In this document: piece after piece, positions 39,501 through 47,506 of the stretch | Numbering within the stretch: the first letter of the stretch is position 1 | Layout: each line of letters begins with the position of its first letter | Assembly: GCA_937879955.1 (NCBI GenBank) | Contig: CALFMK010000003.1 | Location: 12,581 to 76,580 of the forward strand | Length of the DNA: 64,000 bases | Direction of reading: 5' to 3' | DNA from: an uncultured bacterium | Lineage (GTDB): Bacteria > Patescibacteriota > Minisyncoccia > Phycocordibacterales > Phycocordibacteraceae | Notes under the pieces: generated by a model | The model's input: only the letters and a program-made list of their open reading frames with translations | What the model was told of the DNA's origin: nothing | The model's database searches: none | Made by a program: the position numbers and the translations under genes

Positions 39501-40936
39501 CGCAAAATACCCTCGAGCTTTATGCTGGCAATCCTGCTCTCCGCACGACGCTCAGCGGTACTTCTGGCGCGGCCGAATGGATAGCGTACGAAAGCGGTAC
39601 GTATAAGGGCGGTTTCTCTGCATTCGGCAGTACCTATCCAACGACCAGCTGGCGCGATGCGGTCATGCTCACTGCCGCAACCGACAACACCGGTTCCCTT
39701 ATCTTCCGTACTCGTACCGCAGGCTCGTACGCTGAGCGCATGAACATTACTAACGCAGGTAATGTCGGCATCGGTACGACGACGCCGACCGCGCAGCTCC
39801 ATACGACGGGCACGGTGCGCTTCTCGAACTTCGGCGCCGGCACGCTCCAGACCGATGCGGACGGCAACCTGAGCGTCTCCTCCGACGAGCGCCTCAAGCA
39901 GATCTCGGGAGGGTTCGGCCGCGGGCTCGCGGACCTGATGGGTATCAATCCTATAACCTTCCATTGGAAGGCCTCCACCGGCTTCGATACCGTGAACAGC
40001 TACGCGGGATTCAGCGCGCAGAATGTCCAGAGCGCCATACCGGAAGCCGTCGATACCGATCCGCGCGGATACCTCACGCTCTCCGACCGTCCGATCCTCG
40101 CGGCTTCCGTGAACGCGATCAAGGAGCTCAATCTCCGCACGCTCTCGCTCGCGCCGGCGGAGACGAATACGGCAGCGAAGAACCTCGAGGTGTCGGCGGA
40201 CGCGTCCATCGCCGGCGCGCTCTCTGTCTTCGGAAGCGGATCCTTCGCGCTCGGCCTCGAGGCGACGGACGTGCGCGCCTCGCGCGTGCTCGTGCCGAAG
40301 ACAGGCGAGCTGCCGGCCGAGGTCCTCACCGGCGGCGATGCCGACCTCTTCAAGATGGCGGCGCGCGGCATGGCGGACGGCGCCGAGGCGCTGCGCCGCA
40401 CGGACCTCGTCATGGAGAAGCTCGCGACCATCGACCAGCGCCTCGCGGAGCTCGAGGCTGCCGCGAGCGCGCCGGCAGGCATCCCGGTTATCGAGAATCT
40501 CTCAGAGATCATGAGTCGGTTCAGCATCCGCGACGGCATACTCTCGGCCGTCGAGATGGCCGTCGAGCGCCTCACGATCGGCTCTCCTGAGAAGCCGACC
40601 GGCGTCACGTTCTATGACGAGGTCACGGGCGAGCCGTACTGCCTCGCGATACGCAATGGCGCGCAGGTCATACGCGAAGGGAAGTGCGAGGTCGCGAGCC
40701 GCACGGCCCCGGAACCGGCGGTCGTCGTGGACGCGCCGGCGCCGCAGGAGACCGTAAGCACCTCGACCCCGCCGAGCCCGGCTGCCGAGATGCCTTCGCC
40801 ATCGGCCGGAGCAGGCGCGGACGACGGTGCTCCAGAGCCTCCCGCTGAGGTGGTCGAGACGCCTGCAGAGCCAGCGCCCGAGCCGATCGTCACGCCGGCC
40901 GCGGAACCTGCCCCTTCGCCGGAACCGGCCGCCTAG
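33548..40936 (+). CDS. Giant 2462-aa surface fibre/adhesin: N-terminal HTH, probable TM, Ala-rich helical region, 14 GNVGIGT repeats, peptidase S74 autochaperone, Pro-rich tail
   Basis: ISTKDASALSGYNADYLSRLCRAGKI...VGRAW; repeated G(N/Y)(V/L)GIGT(T/S)xP; SDERLK...GFSAQNV...AIKEL. Confidence 0.85.
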   Translation: MNTLLNGNLISTKDASALSGYNADYLSRLCRAGKIRGEQVGRAWLIERSSLEEFMATQVMRKIELSENLAREREEEYRRINQAVPEMTVRMQDKTDHAVNTVMSVLSKMHMPQAYPAFGGRAASFALTALVIGGSTLIAGSGIVEKTGVAFTHFAFETRELALESADRTLAYAHERNALLASRAMQEVRVHDLLLASVNDARVETLPSKFSAGFEALATPREIPAIALSEATPLTDEGARRVAQARAIAMDLETDPIGSLTRSYLSTGAYLVHQTDAVLAMHLDATYAAADSILSLGAGIRDASSLAVGAYQDGVYAYVRNVELVPRTVLSVAYGIGDAMATGVSGGVQRAPERYDAGIMAFAMLSQDAGERIARDSSAFGDASRTVVTAMLEMEDRSIAHAVGSSRVAFGEGLDAVESVPPSIAYAFGGGVDHLTAAVASAQALTASPFAAFEPSDLLEGFTHGVLTFFSDAVTTIAGFFGGEETGLAVIPSEGPEETYSVPTAVQQEGGDTNIYEGPVTIVNNHNEYPALTYSGVTKGYVDTQLTLLNDRLIRSIDNSRRAARGGTISINGLSGTGLTLSNSAWNGGSIVGATLDVLDTAVTGDLTASGSIESSTYIAGPYVLATSTTATSAFSGNIAAGRNATFGTTAADLLTVNSSIASHLVPSANNAYDLGSAGNYWRRGYVNELIVNNLSAASSSIGGTASNVFSVNSDNATNDIEDSSILFNRGVATPNALMTWNASMKRFEFNMPVYSADGIFASATTTNLIATNLSLGGSQFTSLLGSGLQNVAGALTVSTTTLAGSFFSQDGNSFGSTATLGTNDGQTLQFETGNVPRISVLANGNVGIGTTTPPNKFSVVSGGNDDGISWYNSVDGRLLGRFGQEAGTQGRMTLWNGASPAINLQAGSNSNFINGNLMLGSNNVAASRLAVNGSAAVGSGYQLLAAPTNGLLVEGNVGIGTSSPSYVFDVQGSGSNQARISSTGTLYNILDLSAYGTGGNVQNMLRFNNGASTAWSFGVNQANGNALTFSSASLLTSAPRMVLTTGGNVGIGTTSPAVPLDVVGAIRSNASGGTTYALIGASGNGLAGRITLGRRSDGVTTSAFYGTTVDGANDGATIHYSGGSQAAIELSSGTISFRTNTIGTERMRLDTNGNLGIGTSSPSQPLTVAGNGYLTGGLGIGAANTTAGSVLATGNYITTGTGSYFGATTNFNAFIPFDNGGRTGINAGGSFYVNLDSNNDQTDRAFIIARDSSALSSGTELFRIQENGNVGIGTTTPDQKLSVTGTIKAERAGGLKGSAFLFPAVGSSNSWYEGLGFNAYFDGSNWVTEGDGANNGGSLLTSSTAGGFSFFSMPSTGGAAQTIANASLANYQRMTITSTGNVGIGTSSPATNFHVSGIGTQTFRLENQGLGNLSIQATGGDGRLYTSSGPLLLQPSTGNVGIGTTSPVSQFTIDGTNSAAFLTYGDTGTGSGTFTLNSPNFSTLSLNGNTDGAHATANSTIRLTLNNANYSEIGLDSAYGNGLKLFTGETSGYGGGSGILITQSGNVGIGTTNPGSTLDVSAGASGSVNQIRATFGTGNGNSQFVANRQATSNTAAITFQTNGTTDWAIGQPYSSLGGTGSDFHIYEAGASSRLTILKSTGYVGIGTTTPNYLLSLGIQSAANVNQGISLARIAGGQEAVRYGIRSDAAGNYRGSITMTNAAGTQVETMTFSPVGNVGIGTSSPSSILHIESSSPVITVYDTAGSSGARFNVNGLVAAGSLAYRFQTDSGTNTIMSMLRNGNVGIGTSSPTGRLTVYQSAFTSTDGIYLDNSGNNSGRIYIDSGGALNLQRGTNTGQLVLSAAGNVGIGTTSPVAKLDVGGQIGTVGSGIGAGAGVATFSTNVNNSAGIEMRNASAAGGASFRFAISDNNANDYLAFEQSSTGNGGTLFGMTRSGISTLFTNGTGNRTLAVGTVNAGAVVLGTSNAERLRITSTGNVGIGTSSPQNTLELYAGNPALRTTLSGTSGAAEWIAYESGTYKGGFSAFGSTYPTTSWRDAVMLTAATDNTGSLIFRTRTAGSYAERMNITNAGNVGIGTTTPTAQLHTTGTVRFSNFGAGTLQTDADGNLSVSSDERLKQISGGFGRGLADLMGINPITFHWKASTGFDTVNSYAGFSAQNVQSAIPEAVDTDPRGYLTLSDRPILAASVNAIKELNLRTLSLAPAETNTAAKNLEVSADASIAGALSVFGSGSFALGLEATDVRASRVLVPKTGELPAEVLTGGDADLFKMAARGMADGAEALRRTDLVMEKLATIDQRLAELEAAASAPAGIPVIENLSEIMSRFSIRDGILSAVEMAVERLTIGSPEKPTGVTFYDEVTGEPYCLAIRNGAQVIREGKCEVASRTAPEPAVVVDAPAPQETVSTSTPPSPAAEMPSPSAGAGADDGAPEPPAEVVETPAEPAPEPIVTPAAEPAPSPEPAA
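36080..39790 (+). repeat. 14 GNVGIGT(T/S)xP junction repeats separated by unrelated variable modules
   Basis: Counted in the translation. DNA consensus is roughly GGNAAYGTNGGYATNGGNAC. Confidence 0.85.
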
Positions 40937-40984
40937 GAGGATGCTAGACTTGGACTACACATAATCAACGTATCGAAATTCACC

Positions 40985-41995
40985 ATGGCACTACGCGTAG
41001 CGATAAACGGGTTCGGAAGGATTGGGCGGACGTTCGTGCGCCAAGCCTATGACCGGCCGGAGATAGAGATAGTGGCGGTGAACGACCTAGGTTCGCTCGA
41101 GAACCTCGCGTACCTCTTGAAGTACGACACGGTCTACAAGCGCGCACCGTTCCCGGTAGAGGCACGCGACGGGAAGCTCGTCATCAACGGGAAGGAGGTC
41201 GCGTTCCTCTCGGAGAAGGACCCGGCCTTGCTGCCATGGAAGGATCTCGCGGTCGACGTCGTGATCGAGTCGACCGGCTTCTTCACGGACTACGAGAAGG
41301 CGAACGCGCACATAACCGCGGGTGCCCGCCGCGTCGTCATCTCGGCGCCGGTGAAGGACGAGAACCCGCTCGGTGCCACCGTGCTCATGGGTCTCGACGA
41401 GTCGAAGCTCGGTACCTGCCCGATAACGAGCAACGCGTCCTGCACCACTAACTCCGCGTCACCGGTCATCGCGATCCTCGACGGCGCGATCGGCATCGAG
41501 AAGGCGATCCTCTCGACCGTGCACGCGTACACCGCGTCGCAGTCCATCGTTGACGGCCCTGCGAAGAAGGATATGAAGGAGGGGCGCGCCGCCGCGCAGA
41601 ACATCGTGCCGACGTCGACGGGCGCTGCGGTCGCGGTCACGAAGGCGTACACGAGCCTCGCAGGGAAGTTCGACGGCATCTCGCTCCGCGTCCCGGTCCC
41701 GGCAGGCTCCATCGCCGACATCACGTTCATCGCGAAGCGTCCGACGACTGCGGAGGAGGTGAACGAGATCCTGCGCGCTGCCGCGAAGGATCCGCGCTGG
41801 GCGGGCATCTTCTCGGCGACCGACGAGGAGCTTGTCTCGAGCGACATCGTGGGCGAGCAGTTCGCCTCCATTGCGGACCTCGGCATGACGCGCGTCGTGG
41901 ACGGGAACCTCGTGAAGGTGCTCGCCTGGTACGACAACGAGGCAGGGTACACGCATACGCTCGTCGAGCACGCTATCAAGGCCGGCAATGCATAA
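40985..41995 (+). CDS. gap: Type I glyceraldehyde-3-phosphate dehydrogenase
   Basis: INGFGRIGR, SNASCTTN, WYDNE. Confidence 0.97.
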   Translation: MALRVAINGFGRIGRTFVRQAYDRPEIEIVAVNDLGSLENLAYLLKYDTVYKRAPFPVEARDGKLVINGKEVAFLSEKDPALLPWKDLAVDVVIESTGFFTDYEKANAHITAGARRVVISAPVKDENPLGATVLMGLDESKLGTCPITSNASCTTNSASPVIAILDGAIGIEKAILSTVHAYTASQSIVDGPAKKDMKEGRAAAQNIVPTSTGAAVAVTKAYTSLAGKFDGISLRVPVPAGSIADITFIAKRPTTAEEVNEILRAAAKDPRWAGIFSATDEELVSSDIVGEQFASIADLGMTRVVDGNLVKVLAWYDNEAGYTHTLVEHAIKAGNA

Positions 41996-42473
41996 GCTCT
42001 ACATCGCGGCAGACCATACGGGATTCGCGCTCAAGAGCGAGCTCGCGTCCTACGTGCGCATGCTCGGCTACGAGGTTGAGGATATGGGCGCGCACGAGCT
42101 CGTCCCGGATGACGACTATCCGGAGCTCATCACGCCCGTGGCGCAGAAGGTGGTTGAGACACCCGATACGCTCGGCATCGTGATCGGCGGGTCAGGGCAG
42201 GGCGAGGCCATGGCCGCGAACCGCGTGAAGGGCGCGCGCTGCGCGCTCTACTACGGGCAGGCACGGGCGGTCGGCGCGATAGACGCGGACGGCGCGCACG
42301 CGCTCGACGGCTACGATATCGTCCGGCTCGCGCGCGAGCATAACGATGCGAACGTCCTGTCGCTCGCCGCGCGCTTCGTCGAGCTCGAGGACGCGAAAGA
42401 AGCGGTGCGCATATTCATCGAGACGCCGTTCTCAGGCATCGAGCGCCATGCGCGGCGCATCGCGAAGTTCTGA
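41988..42473 (+). CDS. rpiB: Ribose-5-phosphate isomerase B
   Basis: ADHTG, DYP, GGSGQGE..AAN, REHNDANVL, RHARRI. Confidence 0.92.
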   Translation: MHKLYIAADHTGFALKSELASYVRMLGYEVEDMGAHELVPDDDYPELITPVAQKVVETPDTLGIVIGGSGQGEAMAANRVKGARCALYYGQARAVGAIDADGAHALDGYDIVRLAREHNDANVLSLAARFVELEDAKEAVRIFIETPFSGIERHARRIAKF

Positions 42474-42543
42474 TGCGCAAGCACAGGAGAATCACCGCCG
42501 CGTCGCATCTCGACGCGGCGGTGTTCGTATATACTGTTCCTAT

Positions 42544-43269
42544 ATGGGCATCATCGTCCCCGCCGTCATCCCCGCGTCGAGACAGGATCTCGAGGACAAG
42601 CTCGCGCGCCTCTCGGGCCTGTGCGAGGAGGTGCAGATCGATATCGTCGACGGCGTCTACGCGGGTCCTGCGAGCTGGCCGTATACCAAGGACGCGAAGG
42701 ACGAGCCGGCGCGGATGCTCGAAAACGGCGAGATGCTCCCGTATGCGGGATCGTTCCGGTTCGAGATAGACCTCATGAGCCGCGATCCGGAGTCGGTCGC
42801 AGGGACCTGGATCGCGCTCGGTGCCACCCGGCTCACGGTGCATGCGGAGAGCACGCCGTACCTCGGCCAGTTCCTCCGGGATACGCGCGCCAAGTACGGC
42901 CATGAGAAGGACTTCGCCGAAGGATTCCTCTCGCTCGGCATCGCGATAGGCGCGCAGACCGACCTCTCGCTCGTCGAGCCGTATCTCGACCGCATCGACT
43001 ACGTGCAGTTCATGGGCATTGAGACCATCGGTCACCAAGGAGAGCCGTTCTCCGCGAGCGTGCTGCCGCGCATCGCCGCGTTCCGGAAGCAGCATCCCGG
43101 CATGCAGATCACCGTGGACGGGGGCGTCTCAGGCGCGAATGCAGCAGCGCTCCTCGCTGCGGGCGTATCGCGCCTCGTGGTAGGGTCCGCTATCTGGAAG
43201 GCGCCGGACCCTGCCCAGGCGCTCCGCGAGCTCACCAAGCTCACGGAGACGCATGGCATCTACGAATAG
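42544..43269 (+). CDS. rpe: Ribulose-phosphate 3-epimerase (divergent)
   Basis: QIDIVDG, VHAE, MGI..IGHQG, VDGGV, VVGSAI. Start moved to ATG 42544. Confidence 0.85.
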   Translation: MGIIVPAVIPASRQDLEDKLARLSGLCEEVQIDIVDGVYAGPASWPYTKDAKDEPARMLENGEMLPYAGSFRFEIDLMSRDPESVAGTWIALGATRLTVHAESTPYLGQFLRDTRAKYGHEKDFAEGFLSLGIAIGAQTDLSLVEPYLDRIDYVQFMGIETIGHQGEPFSASVLPRIAAFRKQHPGMQITVDGGVSGANAAALLAAGVSRLVVGSAIWKAPDPAQALRELTKLTETHGIYE

Positions 43270-43270
43270 C

Positions 43271-43783
43271 ATGCGCCGCGGCTTCACCCTCATCGAGCTC
43301 CTCGTCGTGATCGCCATCATCGGCGTGCTGTCTGCGGTCGTGCTCGCATCCCTCAGCACGGCGCGAGCGCGAGCGCGGGACGCGCAGCGATTGAGCCAGC
43401 TGCAGCAGGTGAGAACGTCGCTCGAGAGCCGGTACGCAGAAACCGGAAATTACCCTGGTCATACTGGAACCGCAGGAACCTGTACTGCCGGGAACGTCAC
43501 GAGCTGGAACTCGTCCATGACCACCTTAACTTCAGAGGGCTACCTTTCCGCGATTCCGATCGATCCGGGCGCGCCGGCGGATTACTGCTACCAGTACATG
43601 AACGGAAGACAGACCACATCAAGCAATATCCAATGCGACGGTGTGACCAGGGCGGCGTACGAGTGGTCCATAATCTTCAGGACCGAAGCCGGGCCGCCGA
43701 AAGGGTTCCCGGCTGCCGTCTGGTCGGGAGGAAGCTGGACCACAAGCGATTACTACTGCATGCTCGGGAATCGCAAATCATAA
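43271..43783 (+). CDS. Type IV pilin/pseudopilin 1
   Basis: MRRG|FTLIELLVVIAIIGVLS class III signal, IPIDP, paired Cys. Alternative start at 43253. Confidence 0.9.
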   Translation: MRRGFTLIELLVVIAIIGVLSAVVLASLSTARARARDAQRLSQLQQVRTSLESRYAETGNYPGHTGTAGTCTAGNVTSWNSSMTTLTSEGYLSAIPIDPGAPADYCYQYMNGRQTTSSNIQCDGVTRAAYEWSIIFRTEAGPPKGFPAAVWSGGSWTTSDYYCMLGNRKS

Positions 43784-43837
43784 GGAGTACGTGCTTTCGG
43801 CCGCCGCGGCGTAAAGAGGCGATGCTATACTTTTGCG

Positions 43838-44347
43838 ATGCGGCGTTCAAGCGGCTTCACCCTCATCGAGCTCCTGGTCGTGATCGCCATCATCGGCGTG
43901 CTGTCTGCGGTCATTCTCGCGTCGCTCAGTCTCGCGCGTCAGCGAAGCCAGTACTCTGCAGCCCGGCAGGAGATGACGAGCTTCGTGAAGGCGGTCGTAA
44001 TCGCGCAAGGGGAGGCCGACAAGCCGCTCCGTCTCATAACCGGAGCAGGCTGCTCGCGCTGCCAGTGCACCGCGGGTACCGACCTGCGCGGCGTGGGCGG
44101 CACCTGCTACTCAGCGTGGGTGAACGCGCTCTCGAAGGTACAGCTCGCGACCAACGGCATCGTGCAGAACCTGAACATGCTCCGTGATCCGTGGGGCAGC
44201 CCGTACCTGCTCGACGAGAACGAAGGCGAGCAGGTGGGTAATCCCTGCGTGGCCGATCAGCTCACCACCTACGGTCCTGACGGCATGTCCGGCGGCGGGG
44301 ATGATATCACGATGAACCTGCCGTTCTATCGCGGCGTGTGCCCGTAG
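43838..44347 (+). CDS. Type IV pilin/pseudopilin 2 (GspG-like)
   Basis: G|FTLIELL, DPWGSPY, GPDG..GGGDDI; Cys-rich. Confidence 0.9.
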   Translation: MRRSSGFTLIELLVVIAIIGVLSAVILASLSLARQRSQYSAARQEMTSFVKAVVIAQGEADKPLRLITGAGCSRCQCTAGTDLRGVGGTCYSAWVNALSKVQLATNGIVQNLNMLRDPWGSPYLLDENEGEQVGNPCVADQLTTYGPDGMSGGGDDITMNLPFYRGVCP

Positions 44348-44367
44348 CGCATGCTATCCTCTTCTTG

Positions 44368-45225
44368 ATGGCCCTTACGGACGAAGACGTACGCATGCTC
44401 GAGACGAAGGCGGAGGAGATCCGCGAGACGATCCTCGACATGCTCGTGCAGGCAGGCAGCGGACACACCGCGGGCCCGCTCGGAATGAGTGACCTCTTCG
44501 CCGCATTCTATTTCCACATACTCAAGCACGATCCGAAGAATCCCGACTGGGAGGAGCGCGATCGGCTCATACTCAGCAACGGGCACACGGTGCCGGTCCG
44601 CTATTCCGCCATGGCGCATGCCGGGTACTTCCCAGTAGAGGAGTGCCTCACGCTCAGGAAGTTCGGCTCGAGACTCCAAGGGCATCCGGAACGCGACCGC
44701 CTCCCAGGGCTCGAGACCACGTCAGGGCCCCTGGGCTCCGGCCTCTCACAGGCGGCGGGCATCGCGCTCGCGCTCAAGATGGACGGGAAGAAGAACCGTA
44801 CGTACGTGATGATGTCGGACGGCGAGCAGCAGGAAGGGAACATATGGGAAGCGGTCCTCTTCGCGGCGAAGTACGGGCTCGGGAACCTCACGGCCGTGAT
44901 GGACCGAAACAACATCCAGATCGACGGCCTCACGGAGGACGTCATGCCGCTCGATTCGCTTAAGGAGAAGTACGAGGCGTTCGGCTGGCACGTGCTCGAG
45001 ATCGACGGGCATAACATCGAGGCGTTCGTCGAGGCGTGCGACGAGGCGAAGGCGGTCGTCGAGAAGCCGACGCTCATCATCGCGCGCACGATTCCCGGGA
45101 AGGGCGTACCCGACATCGAGGGCGATTACACCTGGCACGGCAAGCCGCCCTCGAAGGAGGAGGCCGCACGGTTCGTAAAGGAGCTGCGGTCCGGCGCCGG
45201 GCGCGTACCACACGAATATGCTTAA
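44368..45225 (+). CDS. Transketolase, N-terminal subunit
   Basis: SGH..GP, DRLILSNGH, LQGHP, SGPLGSG, SDGEQQEG. Start moved to ATG 44368. Confidence 0.93.
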   Translation: MALTDEDVRMLETKAEEIRETILDMLVQAGSGHTAGPLGMSDLFAAFYFHILKHDPKNPDWEERDRLILSNGHTVPVRYSAMAHAGYFPVEECLTLRKFGSRLQGHPERDRLPGLETTSGPLGSGLSQAAGIALALKMDGKKNRTYVMMSDGEQQEGNIWEAVLFAAKYGLGNLTAVMDRNNIQIDGLTEDVMPLDSLKEKYEAFGWHVLEIDGHNIEAFVEACDEAKAVVEKPTLIIARTIPGKGVPDIEGDYTWHGKPPSKEEAARFVKELRSGAGRVPHEYA

Positions 45226-46207
45226 CAAGGACTCGAAGCTCGTAGAAGACATGTTCGCGAAGGACATCGCGCAGAAGCCGACGCGCGACGGCTTCGGTGC
45301 GGGTACGGTAGAGGCAGGGAAGAAGGACGCGAACGTCGTGGTGCTCTGCGCCGACCTCAAGGAGTCGACGCGCGCGGAATGGTTCGAGAAGGAGTTCCCG
45401 GACCGCTTCATCGAGGTGGGGGTCGCGGAGCAGAACATGGCGACGGTGGCGGCCGGCATGGCTGCCGTGGGGAAGCGTCCGTTCATCGCGAGTTACGCGG
45501 CATTCAGCCCGGGCCGCAACTACGAGCAGATCCGCACCACCATCGCGCTCAACCGGCAGCCGGTCGTGATCGCGGGCATGCACGCAGGCGTCTCGGTCGG
45601 TCCTGACGGCGCAACGCATCAGATGCTCGAGGACATCGGCATGATGCGCATGCTCCCGGGCATGAACGTCATCGTCCCGGGGGACGCGGAGGAGGCGAGG
45701 AAGGCGGTCGTCGCTGCTGCCACCTGCGAGAGCCCGACCTACATACGCTTCGGCCGTACGGCGACGCCCGTCTTCACGACCCCGGAGACGCCGTTTTCGT
45801 TCGGGAAGGCGCTTCCGCTCTGGGAGAGCGACGCGCCGAAGGTGGCGATCCTCTCGACCGGCGCGCTCTCGTACGAGGCGCTCGTGGCGGCGCGCGCATT
45901 GGCTGCCGACGGCATCGAGGTCTCGGTGCTGCATAATCCGTCCGTGAAGCCGCTCGACGAGGTGGCGATCATGGCGAGCGCGAAGAAGGCAGGCCGCGTC
46001 ATCACGCTCGAGGAGCATCAGGCGGCAGGCGGGTTCGGGGGCGCGGTCGCGGAGCTCCTTGGCATGAGCTATCCGGTACCCGTGGTTCGTCTCGGCGTGC
46101 AGGATGCCTTCGGGCAGTCGGGAACGCCCGAAGAGCTGCTCGCGCACTACGGACTTTCTGCACAGGGTATAACTGCCGCAGTGCGACGCATGCTGGGAGT
46201 ACACTAG
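45218..46207 (+). CDS. Transketolase, C-terminal subunit
   Basis: GVAEQNM, GPDGATHQ, EEH...GG.G. Confidence 0.93.
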   Translation: MLNKDSKLVEDMFAKDIAQKPTRDGFGAGTVEAGKKDANVVVLCADLKESTRAEWFEKEFPDRFIEVGVAEQNMATVAAGMAAVGKRPFIASYAAFSPGRNYEQIRTTIALNRQPVVIAGMHAGVSVGPDGATHQMLEDIGMMRMLPGMNVIVPGDAEEARKAVVAAATCESPTYIRFGRTATPVFTTPETPFSFGKALPLWESDAPKVAILSTGALSYEALVAARALAADGIEVSVLHNPSVKPLDEVAIMASAKKAGRVITLEEHQAAGGFGGAVAELLGMSYPVPVVRLGVQDAFGQSGTPEELLAHYGLSAQGITAAVRRMLGVH

Positions 46208-46213
46208 GAGCAT

Positions 46214-46369
46214 ATGCACCGAAAACTATCGATCTATACGGCAGCGTTCATCATCACGCTCATCGGTTCTGGCGCGACGATGCTCATCGTGAACACGGCG
46301 TACTCCACGGCCGAAGCGATGGAGCTCGATGCTATCATCCCGTCAGTGCATGCGGACCTGAACCCATAG
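46214..46369 (+). CDS. Small single-TM protein (51 aa), below the ORF-track cutoff
   Basis: AGGAG SD; MHRKLSIYTAAFIITLIGSGATMLIVNTAYSTAEAMELDAIIPSVHADLNP*; terminator follows. Confidence 0.55.
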   Translation: MHRKLSIYTAAFIITLIGSGATMLIVNTAYSTAEAMELDAIIPSVHADLNP

Positions 46370-46381
46370 CGATATGAAGAG

Positions 46382-46411
46382 AAAGGGCCGGTCCGTGAGG
46401 ACCGGCCCTTT
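46382..46411. terminator. Bidirectional terminator
   Basis: AAAGGGCCGGTCC-GTGA-GGACCGGCCCTTT between convergent genes. Confidence 0.75.
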
Positions 46412-46426
46412 TCTGTTTCTGTATCA

Positions 46427-47425
46427 CTACGCGACTTCGGCGATGTGGTACTCGGAAGGCGCGGTATCGAGATACGCCTGCAGCTTCTCCCGCGAGAGGA
46501 GGCCTGCCTGCGCGCCGATCTCCTGGACCACGCACATGGAATTGATCGGGCCCCAGAGGAGCGCGTCCTTGAGCGGCTGCCCGAGCGTAAGTGCGGCGGT
46601 GATGGTAGAGGCGAACGCGTCGCCCGCTCCGGTGCGCTCGAACGGCGCGCGGGCGTCAGGGTACATCGGTACGGCATAGATATGCGTTCCGTCGAACGCA
46701 TGCGCGTCCTTGCGGCCGTCCGTGATGATCACGGCCTGCGGACCGAGCGCTTTCAGCTTCTCGAGAAGCTCCTTGATCGGGGTCGGCGCGGAAAGGCCGA
46801 GGATACGCTCCGCCTCCTCCTTGTTCACGACGAGGAGATTCGCACGCTCGTAGATGGGACGGAGGGCGTCCACACCGAGCTTCATCTGGAACGTGCCAGG
46901 CTGGAAGGTGAGGAAGACGTCCGGATGCTCCGCGAGGTACGCGGCCATGTCGCGGTAGTAGGCTTCGCCCGCCTCGCCGAGCGAGGACAGGTAGATGGTC
47001 TTCGGAGCAGGGAGATCCTTAGGGAATACGTAGTCGTACGGCTCCGGCTTCACGAGGATGGTCCGCTCGCTCTCGTACCAGAGGACGTAGTGGTGGTTCG
47101 TCTTCTTTCCCGCCATCTTCGCGACATATCTAACGTCCAGGCCCTCCTTCGCGAAGGATTCCAGGATGAGTTCGCCATCCCGGTCGTCGCCGATGGTGGC
47201 CATGAGCGCGGACGAGAGGCCGAGCCGGGAGGCCGCGACCGCCGCGTTCGCGGAGTTGCCGACGCCCGCGAGGAGCGTGGATGACTCGAACGGTATCTTG
47301 TCCCCCCAGCGCATGGTTATGGTGCAGCGCTCGGAGTCTATGTCGCAGGTGACGGTAGCGTCCTTGATGCGGATAAAGTCGTCGACGACGGTATCGCCGA
47401 TGGCGAGGAAATCAATAGGCTTCAT
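46427..47425 (-). CDS. PfkB-family carbohydrate kinase
   Basis: GVGNSANAAV, NKEE, ERTGAGDAF. Confidence 0.9.
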   Translation of the reverse strand: MKPIDFLAIGDTVVDDFIRIKDATVTCDIDSERCTITMRWGDKIPFESSTLLAGVGNSANAAVAASRLGLSSALMATIGDDRDGELILESFAKEGLDVRYVAKMAGKKTNHHYVLWYESERTILVKPEPYDYVFPKDLPAPKTIYLSSLGEAGEAYYRDMAAYLAEHPDVFLTFQPGTFQMKLGVDALRPIYERANLLVVNKEEAERILGLSAPTPIKELLEKLKALGPQAVIITDGRKDAHAFDGTHIYAVPMYPDARAPFERTGAGDAFASTITAALTLGQPLKDALLWGPINSMCVVQEIGAQAGLLSREKLQAYLDTAPSEYHIAEVA

Positions 47426-47506
47426 GACCGGAGTATACCGTACGCCGCTCGGGGTAATCCCAAGGCAGGGGACGGGAGCGAGGCGGACGTCGGCTATACT
47501 GGATGC

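Noticed and set aside
33548-40936. Prophage tail fibre
   Set aside because: The S74 domain is phage-like, but there are no capsid, terminase or integrase genes, and the gene sits among core genes (gatB, gap).
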